Below, in pieces: positions 62,007-64,000 of a stretch of 64,000 nt of DNA (its first letter is position 1; each line of letters starts with the position of its first letter). The translations under genes and the position numbers were made by a program. Location: positions 953,492 to 1,017,491 of the forward strand of contig CM074822.1 of NCBI GenBank assembly GCA_037447605.1, given 5' to 3'. Below the pieces are notes generated by a model, which saw only the letters and a list, made by a program, of their open reading frames with translations, ran no database searches and was not told where the DNA came from. This DNA comes from Zygnema circumcarinatum SAG 698-1b (lineage: Eukaryota > Plantae > Zygnematophyceae).

Positions 62007-63433
62007 GGAGAACTATATACCGCCCCCCTTTTCTGGTTATCCCGCCCCTGTTTTTTTGAAATCCGACCCTCCCATTTCGGCTATTCTGCCCCCCTCCCCC
62101 ATTTTGGATACTTCAGGAGGAGATCGCCCCCCTGTTTTGAAAATTTCTTTCCCGCCCCTCCCGTCCTCTCCCTCCCCTCCCTCCCTCCCTCCCTCCCTCC
62201 CCTTCCCTCCCCTTCCCTCCCCTCCCTCCCTCCTCCCCTCCCTCCCTCCCTCCCCTTCCCTCCCCTCCCCTTCCCTCCCCTTCCTGCCCTCCTCCCGTCC
62301 TCTCCCCTCCTCCCTCCCTCCCTCCCTCCCTCCCCTCCCCTCCCCTCCCCTCCCCTGCCCACCCCTCCCCTCCCTCCCCTCCCTCCCTCCCCTTCCCTCC
62401 CCTCCCCTTCCCTCCTCCCCTCCCTCCCTCCCCTTCCCTCCTCCTCCCTCCCCTCCCTCCCTCCTCCCTCCTCCCTCCCTCCCTCCCTCCCTCCCTCCTT
62501 CCCTCCCCTCCCCTTCCTCCCCCTCCCCTCCCTCCCTCCCTCCTCCCTCCCCTCCCTCCCTCCCCTCCCCTTCCCTCCCCTCCCTCCTCCCTCCCTCCCT
62601 TCCCTCCCTCCCTCCCTCCCTCCCTCCCTCCTCCTTCCCTCCCCTCCCTCCCTCCTTCTCTCCCCTCCCCTCCCCTTCCCTCCCCTCCCCTCCCCTGCCC
62701 ACCCCTCCCCCTCCCCTTCCCTCCCCTCCCCTCCCCTTCCCTCCTCCCTCCCTCCCCTTCCCTCCCCTCCCTCCTCCCTCCCCTCCCTTCTCTCCCCTCC
62801 CTCCCTCCCCACCCCTCCCCCTCCCTCCCCACCCCTCCTTCCCTTCTTCCCTCGGTTTGCAATCTCCACACAAATGACTGAGTATAAGACTCGCGATGAG
62901 CTTGTACAAGTCTTGACCAAGCACTACAAGAAGGAAGGACTTCACATCAAGATCGACAAGCATAGCGATAGCCGCCGACTCTACCTGCAATGCTTTAGCG
63001 GGGGGACCTACGAGGACAGAGGTCTGGAAGAGAGTAGTAAGAAGAGGAATATCTCTCCTCTGCTCTCTCTCCTCTAGTCTTTCTCTCCTCTACTCTTTCT
63101 CCTCTGCTCATTCTCTCTCTCTCCTTTGCTCTCCCCTGTGCTCTCTCCTCTAGTCTCTCTCTCCTTTGCTCTCACTCCTCTACTCACTCTCTCTCTCCCC
63201 TTTGCTCTCTCCTCTGCTCATTCTCACTCTCCTTTGCTCTCTCCTCTAGTCTCTCTCTCCTCTACTCTCACTCCTCTGCTCTTTCTCTCTCCTCTATACT
63301 CTCTCTCCTCGGCTCTCGCTCCTTTGCTCTCTCTCTCTCTTCTCTCTCCTTTGCTCTCTCTCTCTCTTCTCGCTCCTTTGCTCTCTCCTGTAGTCTCTCT
63401 CCTCTGCTCGCACTCTGCTCTCACTCTCTCTCG

Positions 63434-63464
<31 letters not shown>

Positions 63465-63762
63465 CTCTGCTCTCTCTCCTCTAGTCTTTCTCTCCTCTAC
63501 TCTCTCTCCTTTGCTCTCTCCTGTGCTCTCTACTCTAGTCTCTCTCTCCTTTGCTCTCACTCCTCTGCTCACTCTCTTTCTCTCCGTTACTCTCGCTCTC
63601 GAACGTTGCGCTGATGTGTGAGAAGGAGAAAACGGGGGAATATCCAAAATGGGGGGGGGCGGGATATTTCAAAACAGGGGGCAGAATAGCCGAAATTGGA
63701 GGGTCGGATTTCAAAAAAACAGTGGCGGGATAACCAAAAAAGGGGGCGGTATATAGTTCTCC
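62007..63762. mobile_element. Non-autonomous Mutator-like element (MULE), 1756 bp, ~125-140-bp TIRs, exact 8-bp TSD TTAAACTG
   Basis: Ends GGAGAACTATATACCGCCCCC... / ...GGGGGCGGTATATAGTTCTCC. TTAAACTG at 61999-62006 and 63763-63770. The interior is two pyrimidine tracts flanking a transposase-like ORF. Confidence 0.92.
62874..63077 (+). pseudogene. Fragment resembling the N-terminal FAR1/WRKY-like DNA-binding region of a Mutator transposase
   Basis: [59 protein letters not shown] resembles the MULE pattern F/Y.sreel......a...Gf.i.i.rS...rvyl.C.rgG.y......kR. The ORF lies inside a TIR/TSD-bounded element and is cut off by CT repeats before the second Cys or any DDE domain. Confidence 0.7.
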
Positions 63763-64000
63763 TTAAACTGGGAAAAAATCCATGTTTTTGTTGTGAGCCA
63801 AGTTCTCAATGGGAAAAATGTTGTAGCGCGGCGCACATTGCGGAGCAAGAGGATATTGAAATTGATACGATGACGCCTGCCTCATTGGTTGGAGGGGTGC
63901 CACGTGGGCGCCACGTGGCGCTCTTTCATTGGGTCAACGTGGCGTCGACTCCGGCTTCCGTCTGCGATTCAACCTGCTCGCACGTGCGAACGGTCTCGAT

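Overview
Eukaryotic nuclear DNA from the green-plant lineage. Plant-type orthologues plus genes that are atypical for angiosperms suggest a streptophyte alga (inference). Genes have GT-AG introns filled with long (CT)n/(GA)n/(CCCT)n tracts, and 10-N scaffold gaps sit beside many of these tracts. I reconstructed exon chains by hand for ten genes: a GH26 glycoside hydrolase carrying an EF-hand-like loop (5' end outside the window), a bestrophin-family channel, a UBC32/UBE2J1-like E2, a DnaJ-ferredoxin chaperone, a 2289-aa orphan low-complexity protein with a 4.9-kb exon, a plastid SLH-domain protein, YjbQ, an F-box/LRR protein, a DUF639 protein and a bacterial-type SAM methyltransferase with a transit-like N-terminus. 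There is also a candidate small thylakoid-type membrane protein. Non-genic structure includes three related GG-terminated long-TIR elements; two have exact 8-bp TSDs and one of those retains a Mutator-like transposase N-terminal fragment. Also present are a dispersed ~90-bp element that forms a hairpin at one locus, a 54-bp tandem array, and a ~1.9-kb palindrome made by head-to-head duplication of the DUF639 promoter, exon 1 and part of intron 1. That palindrome appears twice across an N-gap, probably as an assembly overlap. I saw no rRNA, tRNA or CRISPR array. All family assignments come from motif recognition, not database searches.
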